A stretch of DNA of 64,000 bases from Thermoanaerobaculia bacterium. Lineage in GTDB: Bacteria > Acidobacteriota > Thermoanaerobaculia > Multivoradales > Multivoraceae. Of this stretch, positions 37,595 to 46,380 are shown piece after piece. The stretch is from assembly GCA_963664405.1 (NCBI GenBank), contig OY761158.1, positions 6,240,001 to 6,304,000 on the forward strand. Reading direction: 5' to 3'. Within the stretch, counting starts at the first letter, position 1. Each line of letters begins with the position of its first letter. The notes under the pieces were generated by a model, which did no database searches, was not told the origin of the DNA, and was given only the letters and a program-made list of their open reading frames with translations. The translations under genes and the position numbers were made by a program.

Positions 37595-38742
37595 AGCGTC
37601 GAATCGCAAAGTGGGTGTGCCGTGGCTTGATGCTGGCGCCGATGCTCCTCGCCGCCTCGGCCTCGGGCCAACTCATCTACCTCTCGTTCGGTGACAGCAT
37701 CACTTCTGGAACGGGAGACGGGACGGAGCGTGGCGGCTATCCACCGCGACTCGAAGATCTCCTCAACCAGGCGGGCGAGAACGTCGAGGTTCAGAATCAT
37801 GGACAGCCCGGCGAGTTCACCAACGAGGGGGTCACTCGCATCGAAGAGGTCCTGGCGATGGGGGGGGATGTTCTTCTTCTCATGGAGGGGACCAACGACA
37901 TCGCTCGCGGTCTCTCAGAGGAGACGACTCTGTTCAACCTCGGAGAGATGGCGAGGAAGGCCGAGGATCTGGGCATGGAGGTCGTCATCGCAAGTCTGAT
38001 CCCGCGTATTCCCGAGGCCCGCATCGATCCCGAGAACATTCTCAACCAGCGTTTGGTCGAAGGCATCCGTGATCTCGCCGGCGTCTCGATGAGAGATCTG
38101 GTCGATCCTTTTGAGGAATGGCAGACGATCGAAGATCTCTTCGATCGCTTCTACGCCGAGATTGAAGAGGATCCGGTGGGCCACCCCAACGCTGCCGGTT
38201 ACGACTCCATGGCCTCGACCTATTTCGACGTCCTCACCGGAACCGACAGCGTGCCGCCGGTTACCGGCGTGACCTTGCCCAAGACCGGGCGCACCGAGGT
38301 CCCCGCCGGGGCGACGATCCGCATGGATGTCTGGGACTTCGGAGAGGGTATCGATGTGGCGGCTACCGAGCTCTTCATCAATGGAGAGACGGTGGCTGCC
38401 GATGTGGGTGGCAATCCTTCCCGGGTAAGGATCGAGTGGACTCTCGATGCTGCTCAGCGCGGCAGAATCGATATCGGACTCAGGTCTCGTGATCTGGCAA
38501 GCCCCGCCAACGTAGTGGATCGAGTGGTCGCTACTTTTGATGTGGAGCTCGAGGAGCTGGTCGGCGATATAGACGACAGTGGTCGAGTCGACGGTGTGGA
38601 TCTGGTCTTGTTCGCGCGCTCCTTTGGCGCCGAGGTAGGGGAGGTACGCTACCTGGAGGAGGCCGACTTCGATAGTGATGGCACCATCGACGGTGAAGAT
38701 CTTGCCGTTCTGGCCAGCGGCTTCGGCACAAGTCTGTCTTGA
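37591..38742 (+). CDS. SGNH hydrolase with Ig-like segment and C-terminal dockerin/EF-hand-like domain
   Basis: FGDSIT, EGTND and GHPN motifs; GDIDDSGRVDG.DL and ADFDSDG.IDG.DL repeats. Confidence 0.85.
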   Translation: MKRRIAKWVCRGLMLAPMLLAASASGQLIYLSFGDSITSGTGDGTERGGYPPRLEDLLNQAGENVEVQNHGQPGEFTNEGVTRIEEVLAMGGDVLLLMEGTNDIARGLSEETTLFNLGEMARKAEDLGMEVVIASLIPRIPEARIDPENILNQRLVEGIRDLAGVSMRDLVDPFEEWQTIEDLFDRFYAEIEEDPVGHPNAAGYDSMASTYFDVLTGTDSVPPVTGVTLPKTGRTEVPAGATIRMDVWDFGEGIDVAATELFINGETVAADVGGNPSRVRIEWTLDAAQRGRIDIGLRSRDLASPANVVDRVVATFDVELEELVGDIDDSGRVDGVDLVLFARSFGAEVGEVRYLEEADFDSDGTIDGEDLAVLASGFGTSLS

Positions 38743-38828
38743 TCCTCGAGATCTGCGCTTGCTCTACCCGCACCCGTTGACACCTGAAGCCCGCTGCTGA
38801 TGAGGGCCACTTTCCACGGGTCCGGGGT

Positions 38829-40280
38829 GTGACTCTGCAACGTGGCCGGCCGTTGCCTGGGTGGGGTCGATGGGCTCCGCTGGCGGTTGCGACGGTCGCG
38901 ATTGTGGCGGCTGGCCTCTTCTTGGAGAAGTGGGCGGGTATGGATCCGTTGCGGCAGGCGCTGCCGTCGGAGGAAGTGGCAGCCGAGGCATTCGGCGAGG
39001 GTAGGCTCGAGCGAATTCTCTTCGAGCTCGGGGCGATACACGCCGCTCCGACTGCCTCTCGGGAGGACGCCGCAGGACAGTCCGGTATTCGCCGGGGACC
39101 GGCCCGATGGCGAGTCGGAAAGGCGGACGCGAAGTCGCTGCCGAGCACCGTTGCGGCGCCTCAGGAGGCGGTGGCAAGCGGTGTGCGGGTGCTGTCACTG
39201 GCGCTAGAGCCGGAAGGCTGGGAGTTCCTGCAGCGTCATACGCGCGGCAGAGGACTCGACTTCGAGCGTTCCGCATATGCCAGTCTCTTCGAAAGCGGAG
39301 AGCTTTTGTTCGCCTCTGGAGTGGGCGTGCGCATTCACGGTGGGCGCAGCCGACGTCACGAGAGTGCCAAGAGCTTGCGCCTTTATTTCGACGAGAGCTA
39401 CGGCGCAGCAGGCGCTCCTGCCTCCCTATTCGATTGGCGGCACCAGGGTGAAGTCGCCCGGCTGGTAGTCCATAGCGACCTGCGCTGGGACCACGAAGGA
39501 AACGAGTGGCGCTCGGCAAGCCCGCTTGCCTACGATCTGGCCCGTCGAATGGGCGCCTTTGCGCCGGAGACTTCGCCTGCGCTGCTCTTCGTCAATGGCG
39601 AGTCCCTCGGGCTGTTCTTCCTCACCGAGCGACTGGACGCCGATTTCTTACGCCGGCACTTTGGTCACGAGGAGTTTGTCTTCCTGCGTACCAAGCGCGA
39701 TTCTGGGGCGCAGCGCTGGCAGCAGGGCAACCGCGACCTCTTCCTCTGGATGCGGGCAACCGTAAGAGCCGTTCCCGGCAGTGAGCTCGAGCGCCTATCG
39801 ACAGTCGTCGATGTCGACAACCTGATCCGCTGGTTTCTGTCGGTGGGTTTTTGCGGCACCACCGATCCTTTTCAGGGCCCCTTGTTGCGAGATACTTCGA
39901 GCCCCACTGGACGCTGGTTCTGGGTCAATTGGGACATGGACCACAGCTTCATGAATGCGCGGCCGAGCGAGGTGCCCCCATGGGAGGTGAATCTCTTTTC
40001 TTGGATCCTCGAGGGCCAGCATCCGGATCTGCGGGCGATTCTGCTCCGACGCTTCTGGCGCGGCAGCCCCGAGTTTCGCCGCCTCGCCGCGGACACCCTC
40101 GAAGAGATTCTGGAGCAGCGACTGACCGATGAGTTTCTCGCTGAGCGCTACGCCTATTATCGCCAGGTTGCCGCCGACTATGGCGTTCGCAACGACGGCT
40201 ATCTCGAGGTGATGGGTGAGTTTCTCGAGCGCCGAAAGGACGTCGTTCGTCGCCAGATGGCGGAGCTTCTCGGCGGCTGA
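38829..40280 (+). CDS. CotH kinase family protein
   Basis: G.RIHG..SR...KS.RLYF, L.VNGE..G.F..TE and WD.DHSF motifs. Confidence 0.8.
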   Translation: MTLQRGRPLPGWGRWAPLAVATVAIVAAGLFLEKWAGMDPLRQALPSEEVAAEAFGEGRLERILFELGAIHAAPTASREDAAGQSGIRRGPARWRVGKADAKSLPSTVAAPQEAVASGVRVLSLALEPEGWEFLQRHTRGRGLDFERSAYASLFESGELLFASGVGVRIHGGRSRRHESAKSLRLYFDESYGAAGAPASLFDWRHQGEVARLVVHSDLRWDHEGNEWRSASPLAYDLARRMGAFAPETSPALLFVNGESLGLFFLTERLDADFLRRHFGHEEFVFLRTKRDSGAQRWQQGNRDLFLWMRATVRAVPGSELERLSTVVDVDNLIRWFLSVGFCGTTDPFQGPLLRDTSSPTGRWFWVNWDMDHSFMNARPSEVPPWEVNLFSWILEGQHPDLRAILLRRFWRGSPEFRRLAADTLEEILEQRLTDEFLAERYAYYRQVAADYGVRNDGYLEVMGEFLERRKDVVRRQMAELLGG

Positions 40281-40312
40281 CAAGACCAGCGCTCGGGTGG
40301 TAGCTTCCGCAC

Positions 40313-41695
40313 GTGAGGCCGAGCTCGTTTTGTTGTTGCTGCGTCGCTCTTTGCAGCGTGCTTGGGGTTGGATGCGGTGAAGCGCCTCCGGTGCTGCCCC
40401 CGGGCGCTCCTGTGGTCCTGGTTGTAGTCGACACTCTCAGGGCTGACCATCTGAGCGTGTACGACCACCCGCTGGAGACCTCTCCTCATCTCGAGGCCTG
40501 GTCCGAGCGTGGAGCGGTCTACGATCGAGCCTTCGCAAGCGCGCCTTGGACCCTCCCCAGTGTTGGCTCCATCTTCACTGGGCGCTACCCCCTCCAGCAC
40601 GGTTCCGGCCGCGCCAAGAAGCTGCGTCCCAATGGCGAGACGAGGCGCATATTCGTGGGTCTCGACGAGTCTTCCCCGACCCTGGCCGAAGTACTCACCA
40701 AGGCCGGTTACAACGCCGGGGCGCTGGTCACCAACACCTTCCTACGCCCAATCTTCGGACTCACGAGGGGTTTCGAGAGCTACGACCACGCTCGCAACGC
40801 CTTCCTCTTCGAGCGTCAGGCAGATGTGATGGTGGAGCGCGGCCTGGAGTGGATCGATGCCCAGGAGGAGGCGCCCTTCTTCCTGTTCCTTCATCTGCTC
40901 GACCCGCACATGCCCTACGATCCCGCGCCGGCGGTGGCGGGGCGCTTTACCGCAGACTACGAGGGTAGTTTGAAGGCTCCGATTCGCCCCAAGGGGGGGT
41001 TCATCAAGAAGATCAAGCGCCGAGAGAGCAACCTCGACGAGGCCGACATCGAATTCCTCCGAGGGCTCTACGATGAAGAGATCGCTTTCGTCGATCAGCA
41101 GCTTGGCCTTCTTTTGGAGGGCCTGGAGGAGCGCGGCATCCTTGAGTCGGGCCTGGTGATCCTGACCGCCGATCATGGAGAAGAGCTGCTGGATCACGGC
41201 TCCTTCGAACATGGGCACAGCATGTATCAGGAAGTGCTCCATATTCCCCTCATGGTTTGGGGTCAATCGGTGATGCCGGGGAGGCGTTTGGACCCCGTGT
41301 CTCTGGTGGACATCCTGCCGACGGTCGTCGATGCTCTGGGCCTCCCCTTCTCCTCGCCGGTCGACGGGATCTCACTTTGGGCGTCGCTGAGTCGCGGCAA
41401 GAAATTGCCGAAGCGGGCTCTTCTCGCGCAAAACAGCCTCTATGGATCGCAGCGGCAGACCCTGGTGGAGTGGCCCTATAAGTTGATCGTCAATCTCGAG
41501 CGTGAGCAGGTCCTGCTCTTCGACCTCGAGAAGGACCCCGGCGAGACGACAAATCTGAGCGAGTCTCATCCCAAGCTGCGCCAGCGACTCTTTGCCGCCA
41601 TGCCTGAGCGTGGAACGCTGCCGATGCGTGGGAAAGAGGTTGATCTCGACGAGGAGACGAGCGAGCAGCTTCGGGCCCTCGGCTACACCCCCTGA
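40313..41695 (+). CDS. Sulfatase-like hydrolase/transferase lipoprotein
   Basis: VDTLRADH, APWTLPS..SIFTG, DPH.PY and ADHGEE..DHG motifs; LRALGY tail. Confidence 0.92.
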   Translation: MRPSSFCCCCVALCSVLGVGCGEAPPVLPPGAPVVLVVVDTLRADHLSVYDHPLETSPHLEAWSERGAVYDRAFASAPWTLPSVGSIFTGRYPLQHGSGRAKKLRPNGETRRIFVGLDESSPTLAEVLTKAGYNAGALVTNTFLRPIFGLTRGFESYDHARNAFLFERQADVMVERGLEWIDAQEEAPFFLFLHLLDPHMPYDPAPAVAGRFTADYEGSLKAPIRPKGGFIKKIKRRESNLDEADIEFLRGLYDEEIAFVDQQLGLLLEGLEERGILESGLVILTADHGEELLDHGSFEHGHSMYQEVLHIPLMVWGQSVMPGRRLDPVSLVDILPTVVDALGLPFSSPVDGISLWASLSRGKKLPKRALLAQNSLYGSQRQTLVEWPYKLIVNLEREQVLLFDLEKDPGETTNLSESHPKLRQRLFAAMPERGTLPMRGKEVDLDEETSEQLRALGYTP

Positions 41696-42203
41696 ACTAG
41701 ACCAGCGTTTCCAAAGTTCGCGCAGATATCTCGGGCCCTTCTGCCCGCTGGCGTCGTTTCGCCTCCTCGACATATTGCCCAATATGCCTGCGTCAGCGCG
41801 CCTCGCCCCGGAAAACGGACCTGCGGCCCGTTCTCCGGCCCATCTGTTGATGGCTGCGAGAAAGCGCATCCCGTTGGCTGCGAGCGCAGTTTCCGGGATG
41901 GAGTGAGCTGAGGGCTTCGCGACCGCGGGAAAGCTAGGCCTTCTTCAGGAAGGGCGGCATCATCCCGCCGGAACGGCGGTCCGGGTGCGTGGTCCCGGCG
42001 GCGTGTTTGCGGTCGGAAGAGATGCGTGAGTCGGTGTAGGGCTTTGCAGTGCGGGCTCTGCTCTGATAGAGCAGGCCGACCAGAGACGGCGAGAGCCCGG
42101 GAAAGCGAAGTAGAAAACGCCCCGGGCTCTGCCCCAAACCGCAGCATTAGCTGCGCTTGCAGTATGGCAGAGAGTCGGGGTCGTCGTCGAATGGGAGGCG
42201 ACG

Positions 42204-42599
42204 ATGCGACCGGACTACCGACTCTTCGACTGTGCTCGATGCCGTCGGCGTATCTCGCTGTGCTCGCACTGTGACCGTGGCCAGCGTTACTGCCGGGCTT
42301 GTGCTCTGGTGGCTCGTCGGGAATCGACTCGGGCGGCCGGCCATCGGTACCAGCGAAGCCTCCGAGGTCGGCATTGTCATGCCGCCCGTCAGGCCCGCTA
42401 CCGTCGGCGCCAGCGCGAGCGGGCAGAGAAAGTGACGCATCAGGGTACCCCAGGCGGTACTTCGGGGAGGACACTGTGTCGGATCGAGACTCCGAGGCGC
42501 GAAGTGCGCTACGACCCGAGGAATCCGCGATGCATGCAGTGTGGAGAGGCCTGCCGAGAGTTTGTGCGAACGAGCTTTCGTCGTTGCCGACGGAGATAG
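42204..42599 (+). CDS. Cys-rich, Arg-rich IS21 accessory protein (putative zinc finger)
   Basis: CxxC-x6-CxxCDRGQRYCxxC motif and VTHQG; ends 4 nt before istA. Confidence 0.7.
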   Translation: MRPDYRLFDCARCRRRISLCSHCDRGQRYCRACALVARRESTRAAGHRYQRSLRGRHCHAARQARYRRRQRERAEKVTHQGTPGGTSGRTLCRIETPRREVRYDPRNPRCMQCGEACREFVRTSFRRCRRR

Positions 42600-42603
42600 G
42601 GGC

Positions 42604-44112
42604 GTGATCGACGCACAGCTGCGCGGGGAGATCCGTCGTCTGTTCCTGGTCGAGAAGTGGAAAGTCGGCACGATCGCTCGACAGCTACAGCTGCACCCCT
42701 CAACCGTGCGCCGGGCGCTGGAGAAGTCCGGCGTGCTACCCCAGCAGCGACGAGGGAGGATGATCGATCCTTACCTGCCGTTCATCGAGCAGGTGCTCGG
42801 GACCTACCCACGACTGCCGGCGAGCCGTCTCTACACCATGGTGGTGGAGCGCGGCTATCCAGGAGGCCCGGATCAGTTTCGCCACCTGGTGGCCTCGATG
42901 CGACCGAAGCCCCAGCGCGAGGCGTTTCTCTCGCTGCGCATGCTGCCAGGAGAGCAGGCGCAGGTCGACTGGGGCCACTTCGGTCGGCTCCGCGTCGGCC
43001 GGGCACATCGTCGGCTCTATGCCTTCGTCTTCGTGCTGTCGTTCTCGCGCACGGTCTTCGTGCACTTCACCCTCGACACTCGTCTCGAAACCTTCTTGCA
43101 CGCTCACCAGCTGGCCTTCCACTACGTCGACGGCGTCGTCAGGACCGTTCTGTACGACAACCTGCGAACCGCGGTGATCGAGCGGCAGGGAACCGCGGTG
43201 CGCTTCCATCCCGTGCTGCTCGATTTCGCCAGCCACTACGGCTTCCTTCCCACCGTCGCCGCGGTGGCTCGGGGAAATGAGAAAGGCCGCGTCGAGCGCG
43301 CAATCCGCTTCCTGCGAAGCTCGTTCTTCGGCGCCCGAACGGTGAGCGATTTGGATCGTCTGAATCGGCAGGTCCTGGAATGGTGCCAGAGGTCGCAGCG
43401 CAGACCCTGGCCGCAGGACCGACAGCGAACCGTGAAAAGCGCCCTGGCCCAGGAACGACCTCGACTGCTTGAGCTTCCCGGAGACGACTTCGAAACCGAC
43501 CTGCGACTGGAGATCAAGGTCAGAAAGACGCCGATCGTGCGCTTCGACCTCAACGACTACTCGGTGCCGCACAGTCATGTGCAGAGGACCGTCACGCTCC
43601 TCGCCAGCGAGCATCGGGTGCGGATCCTCGATGGCCAGGAGCTCCTCGCCGAGCACCCTCGCTCGTACTCCCGGGGCGAGCAGATCCTCGATCCTCAACA
43701 CCTCGAGGAGCTCCTCGCTCACAAACGCAGGGCCCGACGACACCGGGGCTTCCATCGGCTGTTTTCCGCTGTGCCTCGATGCGAAGAGCTGATGCAGCAG
43801 CTCGCCGAGCGAGGCGAGAACCTCGGAACGCAGACCGCCGGCCTGCTCCGACTCCTGCGCCAGTACGGCCCCCAGCGACTCGACAAAGCCGTGCGCGAAG
43901 CGCTCCTGAACCACGCACCGCGATTCCAGTCCGTCCGGCTCCTACTCGAACGGCACCAGCGCGGCCTCGGTCAGCCCCCGGCTTTACCGGTGCCGCTCAG
44001 CCAGGAGCTCCAACAGCGAGATCTCTCCGTGAGACCGCACAACCTCGAGGACTACGACCAACTTGGAGGCAACGACGATGGCCCGACCCAGGAAGAGTCC
44101 AACGATCCCTGA
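42604..44112 (+). CDS. istA: IS21 transposase IstA
   Basis: N-terminal HTH; PGEQAQVDW, YDN and EKGRVER motifs. Confidence 0.95.
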   Translation: MIDAQLRGEIRRLFLVEKWKVGTIARQLQLHPSTVRRALEKSGVLPQQRRGRMIDPYLPFIEQVLGTYPRLPASRLYTMVVERGYPGGPDQFRHLVASMRPKPQREAFLSLRMLPGEQAQVDWGHFGRLRVGRAHRRLYAFVFVLSFSRTVFVHFTLDTRLETFLHAHQLAFHYVDGVVRTVLYDNLRTAVIERQGTAVRFHPVLLDFASHYGFLPTVAAVARGNEKGRVERAIRFLRSSFFGARTVSDLDRLNRQVLEWCQRSQRRPWPQDRQRTVKSALAQERPRLLELPGDDFETDLRLEIKVRKTPIVRFDLNDYSVPHSHVQRTVTLLASEHRVRILDGQELLAEHPRSYSRGEQILDPQHLEELLAHKRRARRHRGFHRLFSAVPRCEELMQQLAERGENLGTQTAGLLRLLRQYGPQRLDKAVREALLNHAPRFQSVRLLLERHQRGLGQPPALPVPLSQELQQRDLSVRPHNLEDYDQLGGNDDGPTQEESNDP

Positions 44113-44872
44113 CGAACCACTACGAGAGCTCGCCCGATCCCTCGGCTTCTACGCCCTCGTCGACGACTGGGGCACCTACCGAGAACAGCCCTGGCTCGAA
44201 CAGCTGCTGCGCAAAGAAGAGGCCGAGCGCAAACGGCGCAGCCTCGAACGGCGCATCCGCACCAGCCGCGTCGGGCTCTTCAAGAGCATCGCCGACTTCG
44301 ACTTCTCCTGGCCCCAGCGCATCGACCGCGAGCAGATCCAGGATCTGCTCACCCTCCAATTCCTCGACGACATCACCAACGTCATCCTCCTCGGACCCAA
44401 CGGTGTCGGCAAGACCATGATTGCCAAGAACCTCCTCTACCAGGCGCTGCAACGAGGGGCCACCGCCAGCTTCGTCACCGCCTCCGACATGCTCAACGAT
44501 CTCGCCGTCCAGGAAACCCCCTCGGCGCTCCAGAGAAGGCTCTCCAAATACACCCGACCCTCGCTTTTGGCAATCGATGAGCTCGGCTATCTCTCCTACG
44601 ACCACCGCCACGCGGATCTCCTCTTCGAGGTCGTCTCCAGGAGATACGGCAACAAGCCCATTCTTCTCACCACCAACAAGCCCTTCGCCGAATGGGCCGA
44701 GGTCTTTCCCAACGCCTCCTGCGTCGTCACTCTCGTCGATCGACTCACCCACCACGCCGAGATCGTCAAGATCGAGGCTAACTCCTATCGCCGCAAGGAG
44801 GCCAAGGAGGCTGCTGAAAAAAAGGCCAAGGACCGCGCCAAAAGGCGGAGCGCAGCACGACGACGCTCATGA
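44078..44872 (+). CDS. istB: IS21 AAA+ helper ATPase IstB
   Basis: FDF.W, GPNGVGKT, IDELGY, TTN.PF.EW and DRL.HH motifs. Confidence 0.95.
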   Translation: MARPRKSPTIPDEPLRELARSLGFYALVDDWGTYREQPWLEQLLRKEEAERKRRSLERRIRTSRVGLFKSIADFDFSWPQRIDREQIQDLLTLQFLDDITNVILLGPNGVGKTMIAKNLLYQALQRGATASFVTASDMLNDLAVQETPSALQRRLSKYTRPSLLAIDELGYLSYDHRHADLLFEVVSRRYGNKPILLTTNKPFAEWAEVFPNASCVVTLVDRLTHHAEIVKIEANSYRRKEAKEAAEKKAKDRAKRRSAARRRS

Positions 44873-45225
44873 CCCGAAGCCACTATCGGCGCCAGCTCCT
44901 CCGCCTCTATCGACTCCTTCCCGACACCCCGCACCGCTTCCACCACGGCGACCGCGTCATCGTCGACCAGCTCTTCGACCAAGACCTGCCTCTCACCGTC
45001 CTCCAGGCCGCCCTCCTCCTCGGCTCCGCCCGACGCGCATGCCGAGATCCGCGCCTACCAAAGCTCCAGCCCATCCGATCCCTCGCCTACTTTCTCCCCA
45101 TCCTCCGAGAACTCCCCACGACGCCACCCCCCGAGGGGTACCTCGACTATCTGCGCCACACCCTGAGTCACGCCTCGCGGGGACAAAAAACCGACTCGCA
45201 GCCAACTAAGTGCGCTTTCTCGTAG
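44869..45225 (+). CDS. IS21 downstream accessory protein
   Basis: ATGA overlap with istB; Y..LPDTP, ALLL..ARR and IRSLAYF.P motifs; stops inside the right IR. Confidence 0.65.
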   Translation: MTRSHYRRQLLRLYRLLPDTPHRFHHGDRVIVDQLFDQDLPLTVLQAALLLGSARRACRDPRLPKLQPIRSLAYFLPILRELPTTPPPEGYLDYLRHTLSHASRGQKTDSQPTKCAFS

Positions 45226-45351
45226 CCGGTAACACCATCCCCGCCTGAGAACTACTCGCCTGCTTCGCAGGCTCCTAGCCAGCGAACAGAATGACCTCGA
45301 GCTATGCAGCCCGAACTTTGGAAACGCTGGTCTAATCTGGATCCAGGACCT

Positions 45352-46323
45352 TCAGAACAGCTTGCTCGGCGTTGCCCTGTCCTCGACCTCTTCGGGCTCG
45401 AGGTCTCGATACACAATGTCCATGAGGAGCCGAAGCGCCGTCCCCCGCACCACGGGCAGTGGGCGGGGGGCGCGATCGAAGAGATACTCGTCGATCAGGC
45501 ATCCGACATCTTCGAAACCGAGTGCATGGCGGATCGAGGCGGTTCCGGAGACCCGGCAATTGACCTCGAAGGGCCAGGCCTCGTCTTCGTCGGTGACGAT
45601 CGCCTGTAGATTGCAGCAGCCGCGGATGGCGAATCCTGCAACCATCGCTTCGACGATAGGTCGCAGTAGTCGCTCGTGTTCTGGGGCGGCTCGACAGCGG
45701 ACGGTGGCTCCTTCGGCGCTGGTCTCGCGCTCTAGACAGAGCATGCCGTGCAGAGAGCTCGATCGTGTTACGTACAAGGCGGTGGTGACCTCGCGGCCGA
45801 GGTGCCTCCGCTGCACGATCTGGTCGGTGTCGTAGGCTTTGGGATCGGGCGGGTCGAGGATGATCCCCCGCGATCCGTGGCCCGAGCGCGGCTTCACGAT
45901 CAACCTGTCGAAGCTGCCATCGTAGAGATGCGGTAGAGAGGTCGCTGCGAAGGGGATGCCGGCGCGGGCGAAGGCCCGAGCGGTCTCGAGCTTGTCGTGA
46001 AAAGTGGCGCAGGTCGATGCGGCGGTACCGGCGATGTGGTTCCCCAGCGCGGGGAGGCGCTTGAGCTCCACCGACTCGTCATCAGTGCACGGAATGACCA
46101 GATCCACCGTTTCGTCGCTACAGATTCGGGCGAATTGGGCGGCGAATTCAGGCGAACGGGCCCATGGCACTTCGTGGACGACGTCGCAGAGGTGGTTGCC
46201 TCCCGAGAGCCGGCGGGTGTTGGTGCCAACTAGACGAAGCGACTCCGGTTGCGCTCGCAGGATACGCAGCACTCCCTGGCCGACATTTCCGCCGATACCG
46301 GTGACGAGAACGGTGGAGGTCAT
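45352..46323 (-). CDS. ATP-grasp domain protein
   Basis: VLVTG.GG..G, IP..D.E, DK, VKP..G.GSRG and FEVN.R.SG motifs. Confidence 0.88.
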   Translation of the reverse strand: MTSTVLVTGIGGNVGQGVLRILRAQPESLRLVGTNTRRLSGGNHLCDVVHEVPWARSPEFAAQFARICSDETVDLVIPCTDDESVELKRLPALGNHIAGTAASTCATFHDKLETARAFARAGIPFAATSLPHLYDGSFDRLIVKPRSGHGSRGIILDPPDPKAYDTDQIVQRRHLGREVTTALYVTRSSSLHGMLCLERETSAEGATVRCRAAPEHERLLRPIVEAMVAGFAIRGCCNLQAIVTDEDEAWPFEVNCRVSGTASIRHALGFEDVGCLIDEYLFDRAPRPLPVVRGTALRLLMDIVYRDLEPEEVEDRATPSKLF

Positions 46324-46380
46324 GGTTCGATGCGGAGCCTACAAGAATACGGCCGCGGGGTGGCCTGGTCGGAGAGACAG

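Larger units (their letters stand above)
41845..45234 (+). mobile_element. IS21-family element with four ORFs (3390 bp)
   Basis: TGTT...AACA ends, ~40-bp imperfect IRs (GAGAAAGCGCA, GTTGGCTGCGAG), CCATC 5-bp TSD at 41840-41844 and 45235-45239. Confidence 0.95.
41698..45334. repeat. MITE copy 2 (composite with a family-B segment), interrupted by IS21
   Basis: Same 20-bp TIRs at 41698-41717 and 45315-45334. Confidence 0.9.
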
